A stretch of DNA of 64,000 bases from Arsukibacterium sp. (GCF_036735525.1 NZ_DAINOE010000006.1:1073-65072), one strand, 5' to 3'. Positions 20,937-30,274 are shown, counted from the first letter of the stretch. The notes: generated by a model not told the origin, from the sequence alone. Numbers and translations are program-made.

Positions 20937-21950
20937 TTAGTTTGCTACTACTCGCTGCCGTCTTATTACCAATGCGACTAAACCGAATAACAGTAGTGCA
21001 ATAGAGGCGGGTGCGTTAACAGGGGTAATATCCGGACCTGTAGTTGCGGGCAAAATACGTAATATCTCCTGATCTGAATAGAACATGGTGCGGGCATCAA
21101 CCACTAAATCAGTACTCCGGCTAACACTGTCATAGCCACAGACATCAATGAACTCTTGACTGTCATCATCTTCCGGGTCAAAACTCGGGTTTTCTTTAGT
21201 AATACATCTTTCCCGAAATTCTACTAAGTTACCTGGCTCACTACTGGTCCAAAAAAACTTGCCCATGCTTGCAGACAAGCCGACACTCACCGATACTAAA
21301 TAATCACCCGGTGCCAAGATAGAAAGTGGCGGAGTATTTAAGGTCACCCAACCTTTATTAATGATGCCATCTGGGGTGAGCACATCTCCTGTAGTATTAA
21401 TTTCACCGGCGAGTGACAAGCCATTAATTAACCAATTTACGTCGTAAAGCACATTGGGCGTGTCAAAATACAGGCTGAAAAAACCAAACATCGAAAGCGC
21501 ATCACCCTGAGCAAATTCCCAAACACAGGGTTCGCCGTATACTGCTAATTCTAACGCCGCCACCTCAGCATCAAATTGCGCTTCGGTAATCCGGTCATAA
21601 CTTAATTCGGTTCGCCAATAATCAATGTCTTGTTCTAAATCATCTACATGGCTTTGATCGTAGCCTTTAATACAGTCATTAGGTACTGCGCCTAAGCCTC
21701 TGCCTCCCCCTCCTATAATCCGCAAAATACTGTTGTCTGCTTTCGGGCTGCCAAAAAAGTCCACGTCAAAAGCAGACTCTATAATACCGGCCTCGTTTAG
21801 ATATTGGTTATCAACATAATAAAAAGCCTCTGAGAAATTAAGGCTTAAATCGCCTCTGCCACTAGTTCTGGTAAGCGCCGCTTCGGCAAATTGGGCAAAC
21901 AAAAACAAGACTAATAAAGGCAGGGTAAGCAGTTTTAGTGTGGTGGACAT
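20937..21950 (-). CDS. secreted hypothetical protein with a PEP-CTERM-like C-terminal sorting signal
   Basis: Signal peptide ...FAQFAEAA. The C-terminus is TPVNAPASIALLLFGLVALVIRRQRVVAN, i.e. short motif + TM helix + Arg cluster as in PEP-CTERM, with NAP in place of PEP. Low-GC gene. Confidence 0.6.
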   Translation of the reverse strand: MSTTLKLLTLPLLVLFLFAQFAEAALTRTSGRGDLSLNFSEAFYYVDNQYLNEAGIIESAFDVDFFGSPKADNSILRIIGGGGRGLGAVPNDCIKGYDQSHVDDLEQDIDYWRTELSYDRITEAQFDAEVAALELAVYGEPCVWEFAQGDALSMFGFFSLYFDTPNVLYDVNWLINGLSLAGEINTTGDVLTPDGIINKGWVTLNTPPLSILAPGDYLVSVSVGLSASMGKFFWTSSEPGNLVEFRERCITKENPSFDPEDDDSQEFIDVCGYDSVSRSTDLVVDARTMFYSDQEILRILPATTGPDITPVNAPASIALLLFGLVALVIRRQRVVAN

Positions 21951-22214
21951 AGTTATTCCTTATTAAAAGGTGAGGTACTTATGCCAACAGCTACCAGACA
22001 ACAACAGGTAAAGGCTTACTTTTTAACGGCGATGTGAGGCTGGTCAAAAACTAAGCAAGTTTTAAGCCGTAAATTAAATTTAATTAACATACAAGTAGTT
22101 ACTAATTTTCAATTGTTGTCTAAACTGCTTTTTGCAAAGAAATCTGACATTTAGGTGCTGTGGCTTGATATAAAATAGACGAGTAACTACGTTGAAATAA
22201 CTAATCTGGCTTCG

Positions 22215-22350
22215 TTGGTCTAACCCCTTATATAGCAAACAAAAAGTGTTGCTACGGGTGCGGAACTTCGAAAACAGCAAAATGGAGGCCAATAACAGTG
22301 CTGGCAATCCGGTGGAAATTGCGGCTGTAGAAGTGAGGAAAATGGTCGAG
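22215..22350 (+). pseudogene. 5'-truncated, decayed copy of the SPFH gene
   Basis: Gapless hand alignment to 17722..17857 gives about 111/136 nt identical. It translates [40 protein letters not shown], versus [40 protein letters not shown] in the intact gene. Upstream there are stop codons and no TM region. Confidence 0.7.
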
Positions 22351-22565
22351 TTATTCAGCGTCCAGTCTATTAAGAACAATATGTTATGCAAAATATTTGA
22401 CCGAATTTTCCAACAATCTGCAAGCCCATGTAGTGGCGCAACAGTTGATGACCACAACAGAGGCGGCAGCTTATCTCAACCTGAACAATTATATGCTGCA
22501 AAGTGTCGTTGGCGCTGCCATTATGGGGGTGCTGACTTCCGTTATAGTGGCGTTTTTTCTGGGCA

Positions 22566-23063
22566 CTACAGCCCGCTAAGCGCCTTTTGCTCTGCCTGCT
22601 CCAGAATCACCGCGCCGTTGCCTTTAGCCGCCAACATATCATCCGGATTATACAGCGGGCATTTGCTCATACTAAGGCAGCCACAGCCAATGCAGCCGGT
22701 CAGGTTATCGCGCAACGATTGCAGGTAGGCAATACGGCCATCCAGCAGACCTTGCCAGTGTGTTGACAGCTGTTGCCAATCGGCCACTGTTGGCGTGCGG
22801 TTATCCGGCAGGGATAAGAATGCCTGCTTAATCTCATCCAGGCTGATTCCAACTTTTTGCGCCGCCTTAATTACTGCAATGCGCCTGAGTACCTCGGGTT
22901 TATAGCGGCGCTGATTGCCCGCGTTGCGCCAACTGCGGATCAACCCTTGCTGCTCGTAAAAATGCAGAGTACTGACATTAATACCACAGCGTTTAGCGAC
23001 GACACCAACACTCCAAATCGGCTCGGTCATCTGTTGCTCCTGATTTTTTTCGATGTCTGGCAA
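22566..23063 (-). CDS. soxR: redox-sensitive transcriptional activator SoxR (MerR family, [2Fe-2S])
   Basis: Collinear with E. coli SoxR and carries the cluster motif CIGCGCLSMSKCPLYNPDD. Confidence 0.92.
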   Translation of the reverse strand: MPDIEKNQEQQMTEPIWSVGVVAKRCGINVSTLHFYEQQGLIRSWRNAGNQRRYKPEVLRRIAVIKAAQKVGISLDEIKQAFLSLPDNRTPTVADWQQLSTHWQGLLDGRIAYLQSLRDNLTGCIGCGCLSMSKCPLYNPDDMLAAKGNGAVILEQAEQKALSGL

Positions 23064-23073
23064 AAAAGGCTTT

Positions 23074-23093
23074 ACCTCAACCTTTGTTGAGGT
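23074..23093 (+). promoter_or_regulatory. SoxR box ACCTCAA-CCTTTG-TTGAGGT inside a 19-bp-spacer promoter (-35 TTTACC 23071..23076, -10 TAACCT 23096..23101)
   Basis: The palindrome arms CCTCAA/TTGAGG are identical to the E. coli soxS operator arms. The long spacer is typical of MerR-family promoters. It sits 39 nt upstream of the VOC gene ATG. Confidence 0.75.
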
Positions 23094-23131
23094 TTTAACC
23101 TGTCAGCTCACTTAATGCAAGGAGAGGTTAT

Positions 23132-23569
23132 ATGTACTTAGAACATGTCAATTTAGTGGTCGCAGATATTGCTGAGGTTTTACCCTTTTATCATGCCGCT
23201 TTTCCGCACTGGCGGGTAAGGGACCAAGGTCATGGCGAATGGTATGGCAAGCCCTGTAACTGGCTGCATTTTGGTGATGATTACCATTACCTGGTATTTA
23301 GCGACCATGGTGAGGGGGCCAACCGGGACCTAACAGGCCACAGCGTTGGTTTGGCACACTTTGCCTTTGTCACCACCAACCTGGCGGCGCTGATAGAGCG
23401 CTTGGCACAGGCTGGATTTGCGGTGGATGCGCCCGGTGCACAGGAACCGTTTCGTGAAAATGTTTACTTTATCGATCCGGCCGGCTTTGAAGTGGAGTTT
23501 GTTCAGTACCTGAGTGACGTCCCGGCCGAGCGAAATTTAAACCGTGCAGTGTCTCAGGAGGCGGTGTGA
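23132..23569 (+). CDS. VOC/glyoxalase-bleomycin-resistance family protein, probable SoxR target
   Basis: 145 aa, with MYLEHVNLVV...HFAF...EVEFVQY VOC-fold motifs and an AAGGAGAGG RBS. Confidence 0.8.
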   Translation: MYLEHVNLVVADIAEVLPFYHAAFPHWRVRDQGHGEWYGKPCNWLHFGDDYHYLVFSDHGEGANRDLTGHSVGLAHFAFVTTNLAALIERLAQAGFAVDAPGAQEPFRENVYFIDPAGFEVEFVQYLSDVPAERNLNRAVSQEAV

Positions 23570-23733
23570 TCTACTGATACTCTCACACAGTTCTGCCTAT
23601 GTAGGTCTGTGACAGAGTGACTTAGCGGGGCCTTATCCAAAGCATTTAATTTAACCTTTACACCGTGCTTTGGTTGACAGGATCAGTTATTTTAGTGCGC
23701 AAACGAAAAAAATATCAAAGGGTTGCCATCGCT

Positions 23734-25467
23734 ATGCAAAAGGAACAACAGGATACACCCAGCCAATTACCGGCCAGTTTAATGGTGCTCGTTGCGCTGT
23801 TGCAGGGGCTGGCTTTGCTGTATTTGCACCAGGCCATCGAACTTCATTACTGGCCACACAATCAGCCATCGTGGTTGTTTGCTTTTTATAGTGTGGCTTT
23901 TATTTGGCCTAGCATGCTGCTGCTGGGGCTGGATAAAAACAACGTTCTCGCCATGGTAAAACTCACCCTGCCTTTTGCGCTGCTTAGCGCGCTGCTGGGC
24001 TTCTACGTCGGCCATCAGGTCACGCCGCTTGAACACATTCGCTTTAATGCGCTGTTGTTCAGCTTTGTGCTAACCATGGCCATTGCTACCTTTAAAGGCT
24101 TGATGTACAGCCAGCTGTGGGCCAGTGGTGAGCGCTTCACCTATAGTGCTTTGTTTCTCTGGTCCTGGCGTAACTTCCTCACGTTGTCGTTGGCGCTGTT
24201 ATTTGCCGGCAGCTTTTGGTTGGGGCTGGTGCTGTGGGGGGCCTTGTTTAAGTCCATTGGTATCGACTTCTTCAACGAGCTGTTTCAGCAGCGCTGGTTT
24301 TATTATCCAGCCATCGCGCTGGCAAATGGCTTTGGAATAATCATTTTTCGCAATCTTAGCCGCATTATCGATACCATAGCGCGGCTGCAACAAGCTTTAA
24401 TGAAATTTCTACTGGTGGCATTATCACTGGTTTCGCTGCTATTTCTCGGCGCTCTGCCTTTTACTGGACTTGAGCCGCTGTGGCAGAGTGGTAGCAGTAG
24501 TCTGATTTTATGGATGCAGGCGCTGATGCTGTTTTTTGTCAATGCGGTCTATCAGAATGACGCAGACAACAGACCTTACCCGGTATGGCTACACCGTTTT
24601 ATCTATATCGGTGTTGCACTGCTTCCTATCTACAGCCTGATAAGCTTTTATGGATTGAGTCTGCGAATTGATCAATATGGTTGGAGCCTCAGTCGTTACT
24701 GGGCCTATTTGATCTGGTTTTTGCTGGCACTATTTCCGCTCGGTTACTTGTGGGGCATTGTTAAATACCGGGATCGCTGGACGCACCAATTAAGCCACAC
24801 CAATGTTGCCATTGGCCTGGTCGTTCTGGCTGCAATGCTACTCGTCAATTCACCCTTGCTGGACTTCAGAAAAATGGTGGTGGAAAATCAATTGCAACGG
24901 CTGGCAGATAACAAAGTTAGCGTTGACGACTTTGATATTCGCTATTTTCGCCATCACCTTGCAGCTTCGGGTTACCAAGGATTGCAAAATCTCAAGGCGC
25001 AATATGGTGAATCCCATCCGAACTTGCTGTTAAGAATTAACGCCTTGTATGCCGATAGAGTCAATGACTTACCCAGCTCCAGCCGCGACGAGTTTATTGC
25101 CGCCATTACGCTATTAACCGATAACACGCCAGATGAATTGCTGACAGCGATTTATGAACAGGAAACCAAGTCCCATTGGCGCATGCAGCAGACTCAGCAC
25201 TATTTCATACAGGCACTGGATCTGGATCAGGATGGTCAGCTGGAGTACCTCTGGCTTGTCGATCGTGATGGCTACATTGAGATGAAACTGTTTTTTCATG
25301 AAGACAAGCAATGGAAATCATCCTATGTCGGCAGCTTTCGAACCGATCAGGATAATGCTGAAAAGATTCGTCAGGCGATCCTCGCCGGGGAAATTGAGCT
25401 TGTGCCATCGCGCTGGCATGATGTTGTTATCGGAGAACAGCGCTTTAGGGTAAGGCAGAGTGATTAG
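23734..25467 (+). CDS. polytopic inner-membrane protein with a C-terminal soluble domain (possibly DUF4153 family)
   Basis: About 10 hydrophobic segments followed by a ~190-aa hydrophilic tail. The family name is from memory and was not verified. The track ORF starts at a GTG (23665). Confidence 0.5.
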   Translation: MQKEQQDTPSQLPASLMVLVALLQGLALLYLHQAIELHYWPHNQPSWLFAFYSVAFIWPSMLLLGLDKNNVLAMVKLTLPFALLSALLGFYVGHQVTPLEHIRFNALLFSFVLTMAIATFKGLMYSQLWASGERFTYSALFLWSWRNFLTLSLALLFAGSFWLGLVLWGALFKSIGIDFFNELFQQRWFYYPAIALANGFGIIIFRNLSRIIDTIARLQQALMKFLLVALSLVSLLFLGALPFTGLEPLWQSGSSSLILWMQALMLFFVNAVYQNDADNRPYPVWLHRFIYIGVALLPIYSLISFYGLSLRIDQYGWSLSRYWAYLIWFLLALFPLGYLWGIVKYRDRWTHQLSHTNVAIGLVVLAAMLLVNSPLLDFRKMVVENQLQRLADNKVSVDDFDIRYFRHHLAASGYQGLQNLKAQYGESHPNLLLRINALYADRVNDLPSSSRDEFIAAITLLTDNTPDELLTAIYEQETKSHWRMQQTQHYFIQALDLDQDGQLEYLWLVDRDGYIEMKLFFHEDKQWKSSYVGSFRTDQDNAEKIRQAILAGEIELVPSRWHDVVIGEQRFRVRQSD

Positions 25468-25528
25468 ATGACTGCTCAATGGTGACCCGTATCAAAACCT
25501 GATCAGCTCAATCTATCACAACCAAAAA

Positions 25529-25556
25529 ATAAGCCGCTTTAATCCAGCGGCTTATT
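25529..25556. terminator. hairpin ATAAGCCGC-N9-GCGGCTTAT with flanking A and T runs (bidirectional)
   Basis: Lies between convergent genes. Confidence 0.6.
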
Positions 25557-25582
25557 TATCTGCTAAAGCTGAGGTTGTATTG

Positions 25583-28500
25583 TTACAACCCAAGCTTGGT
25601 TGGCATCGCCGGCGCCTGGCTATGATCTGGCGGTGGGTTGGCTTTTAGCTCGCCTAAGGTGTGCTCAATGGCGCGCTCCAGCTGCACATCTATGCCGTTA
25701 TTGACCGCTATTGGGTCTAATTCCACTTCAATATCCGGCGCTACCCCTTCGTTTTCTACCCGCCATTCGCCATCCGGCGTGTAAAAGCGGAAAAACGGCA
25801 CCACGTGGAAGCCGCCATCTATCATCGGCGGATTGGCCGAAATACCGATTAAACCGCCCCAGGTGCGGGTGCCAATGGTTTTACCTAAGCCCAGTCGCAT
25901 GAAAGACCAGGGCAGGAAATCGCCACCTGAGCCGGCATCCTGGTCAATTAACATGGTTTTAGGGCCATAAATACCGCCACCTGGCGTGGTAAAGCCCAGG
26001 CCAGTGCGGTCTTTCCAGCCTGACAGGAAAGGCCGGCCGAGAATTTCAGTAATATAGTTGGCGGCCTGGCCGCCGCCATTTTTGCGCTCGTCAATAATCA
26101 ATGCCTGGCGGTCAACCTGCGCAAAGAACATGCGGTTAAAGAAGTAAAAGCCACCATCAGCGGTATTGGGCAGATAGACATAGGCCACCTTACCCCCAGT
26201 TTGCTCGTTAACTAACTGCCGGTTTTGCTCGACCCAATGCCATAACCGCAACTGACTGTCATTGGCAATGGGTTCAACGGTAATGGTGCGGCGGTTGCGG
26301 CCTCTGGCATCATCAGCCAGAGTCAGCTGTACTTGCTTACCTACCGTATTATCCAATAACTGATAAATATTCTGACGGGCGGTCAGCTCAACACCATTAA
26401 TGGCTAAAATGAGATCGCCTGCCTTAGCGCTGGCGCCTGGCACTGCCAGCGGTGCTTTTAAAAACGGGCTCCAGCGATCGCCCTGATATACCCGGCTTAT
26501 CTGATAATGCTGATTGTTCAGTACCAGATCGACACCAAGTAAACCGACATTAGTACTGCTTTCCTGATGCACATCGCCACCGCCAATGCGGTTGTGACCA
26601 ACCTGCAGTTCGGCAATCATCTCCACCAACACCTCGTTTAAATCTTCACGCCGCTGCACATATTTAAGCATCGGCCGGTATTTGTCATAGACGCCTTGCC
26701 AATCGATTCCATGCATATTGGCATCGTAAAAATATTCTTGCTGCATGCGCCAGGCGTCATTAAAGATTTGCTGCCATTCTTGTTGCGGCTGCACAAAACT
26801 ACTCACAGCTGACAAGTCTATGGCTTTAGGCTCAGGTTTAGCGCTGGCATCGGCAATCTGCAGCCGGTTGGGCCGGCTAATGAGTAACAGCTTTTTGCCA
26901 TCTGGGCTTAAGTGGTAATCGTCCAGCTCTTTGGCAATAACTTCACTTTTTCGCTCTTTTGCATCAAAACGCTGCAGGCTGGCTCGCTGCGCCTGACCAT
27001 TTGGCGGTTCGTTACTGGCTCCACTTTGTGGCCATTCCAGATAAAGCAGCGCGCCGTCACTGGCAACACTGAGCTGGCTGTAATTACGCTCAGGCAGAGG
27101 TAAGCCAACAATGCGATCACTGATGCCGGCCAGATCAATTCTGACGGCTTTGCCTTTGTTATCCAGCTCTTTTTTCGGCTCCTCTGCTTTATTGATAACT
27201 TCATCACCGGTTTTTGGCAATAAGGGCGACTTGCCTTTGGCCGCCAGCACCATGGCATAGATACCGTGGCGAATGGGGCGTTCGCGGGTGGATAAGTCTA
27301 AACCTACTTGTGAGGGGCCGGTATTGACCGAGGCGGTAAAATACAGATAGTCCTGACTAAAAGCCGGATGATCAGCATGGCTCATGCCATCAGTTAGTAA
27401 CTCGTTGCGCAGGGTGACAAAATCGTACAGCTTAATCTGGCTGAAGTAATTGCTGCCTACCACAGTGTAAGCCAGGTAACGACTATCGGCTGAAAACGAC
27501 ACCCTCACGCTGTGTCGCCGCTGTGATTGATCAAGCTGCAGGCTGCGCTTGCGTCTGAAATCATAGCTGTATAAATTCAGGTGGTTGTCCTGGTATACCA
27601 GCAACTGATTGTCCGGTGACCAGGCCAATAAATTAAAATAGCCTTTTTCGCCAAGTGCTATCACTTCCGGGCGGCCACTGCCATCCTGATTAATGACCAC
27701 CAGCTGGTGTTTATTGCCCTCATCTGACAGGTAGGCAATTTTTTTACCGTCATGGCTCCACAGCGCATCAAACTCACGCACGCCTGAGCTTTGCGTCAGG
27801 TTACGGGTAGAGCCGTCTGTTACCGGTACGGTAAAAATATCACCGCGGGCACTGAGCAGCACCCTTTGCCCGGTAGTGGATAAACGGGCTGAGGTCAGGG
27901 TTTTGCTGGCGTCTTTCCATTGTGGCCGGCGCTGAGCCGATTGCGTGTTAATCTGCACGTTAATACGACGGCTCTGCTGGTTAGTCAGATCCAGCTCATA
28001 CAGGTAACCACCGGCTTCATACACCACAGTATTGCCATAACCACTGGCACTTTTAATATCCCAGTCGGTTAAAAAGGTCAGTTGTTGCACATTCTGTTGC
28101 TGATAACGATATAAATTGACCGCTACATCGTCGCGATCAGATAAAAAATACACCTGCTCACCGAGCCAAAACGGATTAAATTCATTGGCATTGGGATGGG
28201 GTATTTTTTCCAGCTGTTGCTGCTCGATATCAATGATCCACACCGGCGGCGTGCTGCCACCCCGATGTAATCGCCAGCCACTGCTTCCACTGTAGGCCAT
28301 ATTGTTTGGTCGGTAGGCCAGTTTTTTACCATCGGCAGACCAGCGGCCTTCAAAGGCCACGGCTTCCATTACTTTTTGCTCAAAACCGCCGGTTAATGGC
28401 ACCTGGAACAACTGATTGCTACGGCTATTGGCAACTTCGCGGTTAGAAGCAAACAGTACCTTAGTGCCATCCGCACTCCAGCCATTAACAATGTCGGCAG

Positions 28501-28822
28501 CCGGATGCCAGGTTAAGCGGGTGGCGGTACCGCCACTGACCGGCATCACATAGACATCGGTATTGTTGTCATAGCTGGCTGAAAAGGCTATCCACTGGCC
28601 ATCGGGTGAAAAGCGTGGCGCGAACTCACTGGCCAGGTGGCTGGTCAGTTGCCGTGGCTGCTGCCCCTGGCGGTCGGTTAACCATAAATTGCCACCATAC
28701 ACAAATACCAGGTGATCTTGTGATACATCAGGCTGTCGTAATAAGCGGGTGCTGTCACTGGCCTGGGCAATTTGGCTCAAAGCAAATAAGGCGCAGAGCG
28801 CCAGTAGGAAGGAGTTAAACAT
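25583..28822 (-). CDS. tricorn-like periplasmic protease (TolB-type beta-propellers + PDZ + S41 peptidase)
   Basis: 1079 aa with a signal peptide, repeated PD40-like SPDG motifs, and a C-terminal S41 domain (IIDERKNGGG, DQDAGSGGD). Confidence 0.88.
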   Translation of the reverse strand: MFNSFLLALCALFALSQIAQASDSTRLLRQPDVSQDHLVFVYGGNLWLTDRQGQQPRQLTSHLASEFAPRFSPDGQWIAFSASYDNNTDVYVMPVSGGTATRLTWHPAADIVNGWSADGTKVLFASNREVANSRSNQLFQVPLTGGFEQKVMEAVAFEGRWSADGKKLAYRPNNMAYSGSSGWRLHRGGSTPPVWIIDIEQQQLEKIPHPNANEFNPFWLGEQVYFLSDRDDVAVNLYRYQQQNVQQLTFLTDWDIKSASGYGNTVVYEAGGYLYELDLTNQQSRRINVQINTQSAQRRPQWKDASKTLTSARLSTTGQRVLLSARGDIFTVPVTDGSTRNLTQSSGVREFDALWSHDGKKIAYLSDEGNKHQLVVINQDGSGRPEVIALGEKGYFNLLAWSPDNQLLVYQDNHLNLYSYDFRRKRSLQLDQSQRRHSVRVSFSADSRYLAYTVVGSNYFSQIKLYDFVTLRNELLTDGMSHADHPAFSQDYLYFTASVNTGPSQVGLDLSTRERPIRHGIYAMVLAAKGKSPLLPKTGDEVINKAEEPKKELDNKGKAVRIDLAGISDRIVGLPLPERNYSQLSVASDGALLYLEWPQSGASNEPPNGQAQRASLQRFDAKERKSEVIAKELDDYHLSPDGKKLLLISRPNRLQIADASAKPEPKAIDLSAVSSFVQPQQEWQQIFNDAWRMQQEYFYDANMHGIDWQGVYDKYRPMLKYVQRREDLNEVLVEMIAELQVGHNRIGGGDVHQESSTNVGLLGVDLVLNNQHYQISRVYQGDRWSPFLKAPLAVPGASAKAGDLILAINGVELTARQNIYQLLDNTVGKQVQLTLADDARGRNRRTITVEPIANDSQLRLWHWVEQNRQLVNEQTGGKVAYVYLPNTADGGFYFFNRMFFAQVDRQALIIDERKNGGGQAANYITEILGRPFLSGWKDRTGLGFTTPGGGIYGPKTMLIDQDAGSGGDFLPWSFMRLGLGKTIGTRTWGGLIGISANPPMIDGGFHVVPFFRFYTPDGEWRVENEGVAPDIEVELDPIAVNNGIDVQLERAIEHTLGELKANPPPDHSQAPAMPTKLGL

Positions 28823-28870
28823 AGTGGGTCCCTGCGGCTATTAATGTTTAATTATGATTATAGGTCCGGG

Positions 28871-29446
28871 TCATGGCGAAATTCTCGCCAGGATCCGCGG
28901 TTTATCCTGAAGCGGCAGCGCAATAATATAGCCTTCGTTCTCACGCAAAAAACCGCCGGCAAAATCAGTAATATTCACCTGATGACTTACCAGGATAAGC
29001 GGTTGCTCTGTTAAAGGCAGTTGCTGAAGAAAACGGCGTAACTCTGCAGTTTGCGCTTTGGTATTCTCGGGATTTAAGCGGACATTATTCAGCGCGGGCA
29101 GGCGTTGTACTTCACCCAGATTCATCAGGCGGCCGGTGTCTAATGCCCGGCAATACTGGCTGCTATAGATAGTGGCGCGGTTAATGCCATGGCTGCGCAA
29201 ATACTGGCCCCACTGCTCGGCTTGTTGCTGGCCGCTGCGGCTTAAATTGCGCTGGTTCGGGCACAGGTGCAGCTCAAAATTTCGGGGCTCACCGCTGCCG
29301 GGTGCCAACGAATGTCGCATCAACAACATCGCCTGACCGTTTTTAAGCTGTTGCAATGCCTCTGCAGTATTAGCAACTGCATTGTTACTGCTCATCAAGG
29401 CCAACAGACCTAGCAGACTAAAACTGAAAACCCACCCTAATCGCAT
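28871..29446 (-). CDS. histidine phosphatase family protein (secreted)
   Basis: MRLGWVFSFSLLGLLAL signal and an LLMRHSLAPG (RH-type) catalytic motif. The ATG at 29446 is preferred over the start at 29527. Confidence 0.7.
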   Translation of the reverse strand: MRLGWVFSFSLLGLLALMSSNNAVANTAEALQQLKNGQAMLLMRHSLAPGSGEPRNFELHLCPNQRNLSRSGQQQAEQWGQYLRSHGINRATIYSSQYCRALDTGRLMNLGEVQRLPALNNVRLNPENTKAQTAELRRFLQQLPLTEQPLILVSHQVNITDFAGGFLRENEGYIIALPLQDKPRILARISP

Positions 29447-29626
29447 AGAAACATACTCCTGTACGGCTCCCTGGCTGATAGTTGTTGCATGCCAGTACAG
29501 AATAGTTAATAAAGCTTGTCTGGCCACCTGTTAACGTTGCGCTAATTTCACTGTGAAATCAAGGGGCGATTCCGCTTTACTTAGTCTTTTTGCTGGCAGT
29601 ATCCGCCCTAAATGGCATAACAAGGC

Positions 29627-30043
29627 TTAAGCAAAGCGGCCTTTGGCAACCACGGTCTTACCTATGGGGGCCACACTGAGGCCAGCCAGTTTTAAGTGCT
29701 GTAAACCAAAGGGGATGCCAATAATAGTGATCATACAGATCAGAGCATGCATCAGATGACCGAGAGCCAGCCAAAAGCCAAAAAAGATAAACCAGACAAT
29801 ATTGCCCAGGGTTCCCAGACCGCCGGTGCCGATGTCGTCATGGTTTTGCAGGTAACGCCGGTTAATGATGTCCTGACCAAAGGGCCAGAACGCCAGCTCA
29901 CCAATCACAAAGCAAGCGCGGCCAAACGGAATGCCGATAATACTGATAAAACACACTAACCCTACCAGCCACCACAGCAGACCCATGATAAAGCCACCGA
30001 GAATAAACCAGAAGATATTAAAGATCAGACGCAACACGCTCAT
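29627..30043 (-). CDS. yccF: YccF family inner-membrane protein
   Basis: 138 aa with two YccF repeats (IIGIPFG twice). Confidence 0.85.
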   Translation of the reverse strand: MSVLRLIFNIFWFILGGFIMGLLWWLVGLVCFISIIGIPFGRACFVIGELAFWPFGQDIINRRYLQNHDDIGTGGLGTLGNIVWFIFFGFWLALGHLMHALICMITIIGIPFGLQHLKLAGLSVAPIGKTVVAKGRFA

Positions 30044-30248
30044 ACTGTGTTCCTTGTTAAGTTAAATTATCACTGCAGCGCTGGTTTGGCAGTGTTCAGC
30101 CTATGCTATGCCAAAAGAGTGCCAATCTTTAAGTTAATGAATATTATAGTGAAAAAATATATGGCACCCTGCACTCTGGTGACTTTAGCGATAATATAGT
30201 CAATTTTAGCAGCAAGAATTGCACTTTTAGCCATGCGTTATATAATTA

Positions 30249-30274
30249 CTGTACCAACCAGTCGGTTTTTACAG
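30249..30274. promoter_or_regulatory. imperfect palindrome CTGTACCAACC-AGTC-GGTTTTTACAG, candidate TetR operator
   Basis: 9 of 11 arm positions are complementary. It ends 18 nt upstream of the TetR start. Confidence 0.4.

Noticed and set aside
22080-22457. 125-aa minus-strand ORF in the AT-rich spacer.
   Set aside because: It has low-complexity, AT-driven composition. It overlaps the SPFH remnant, whose homology is on the plus strand, and it has no start context.
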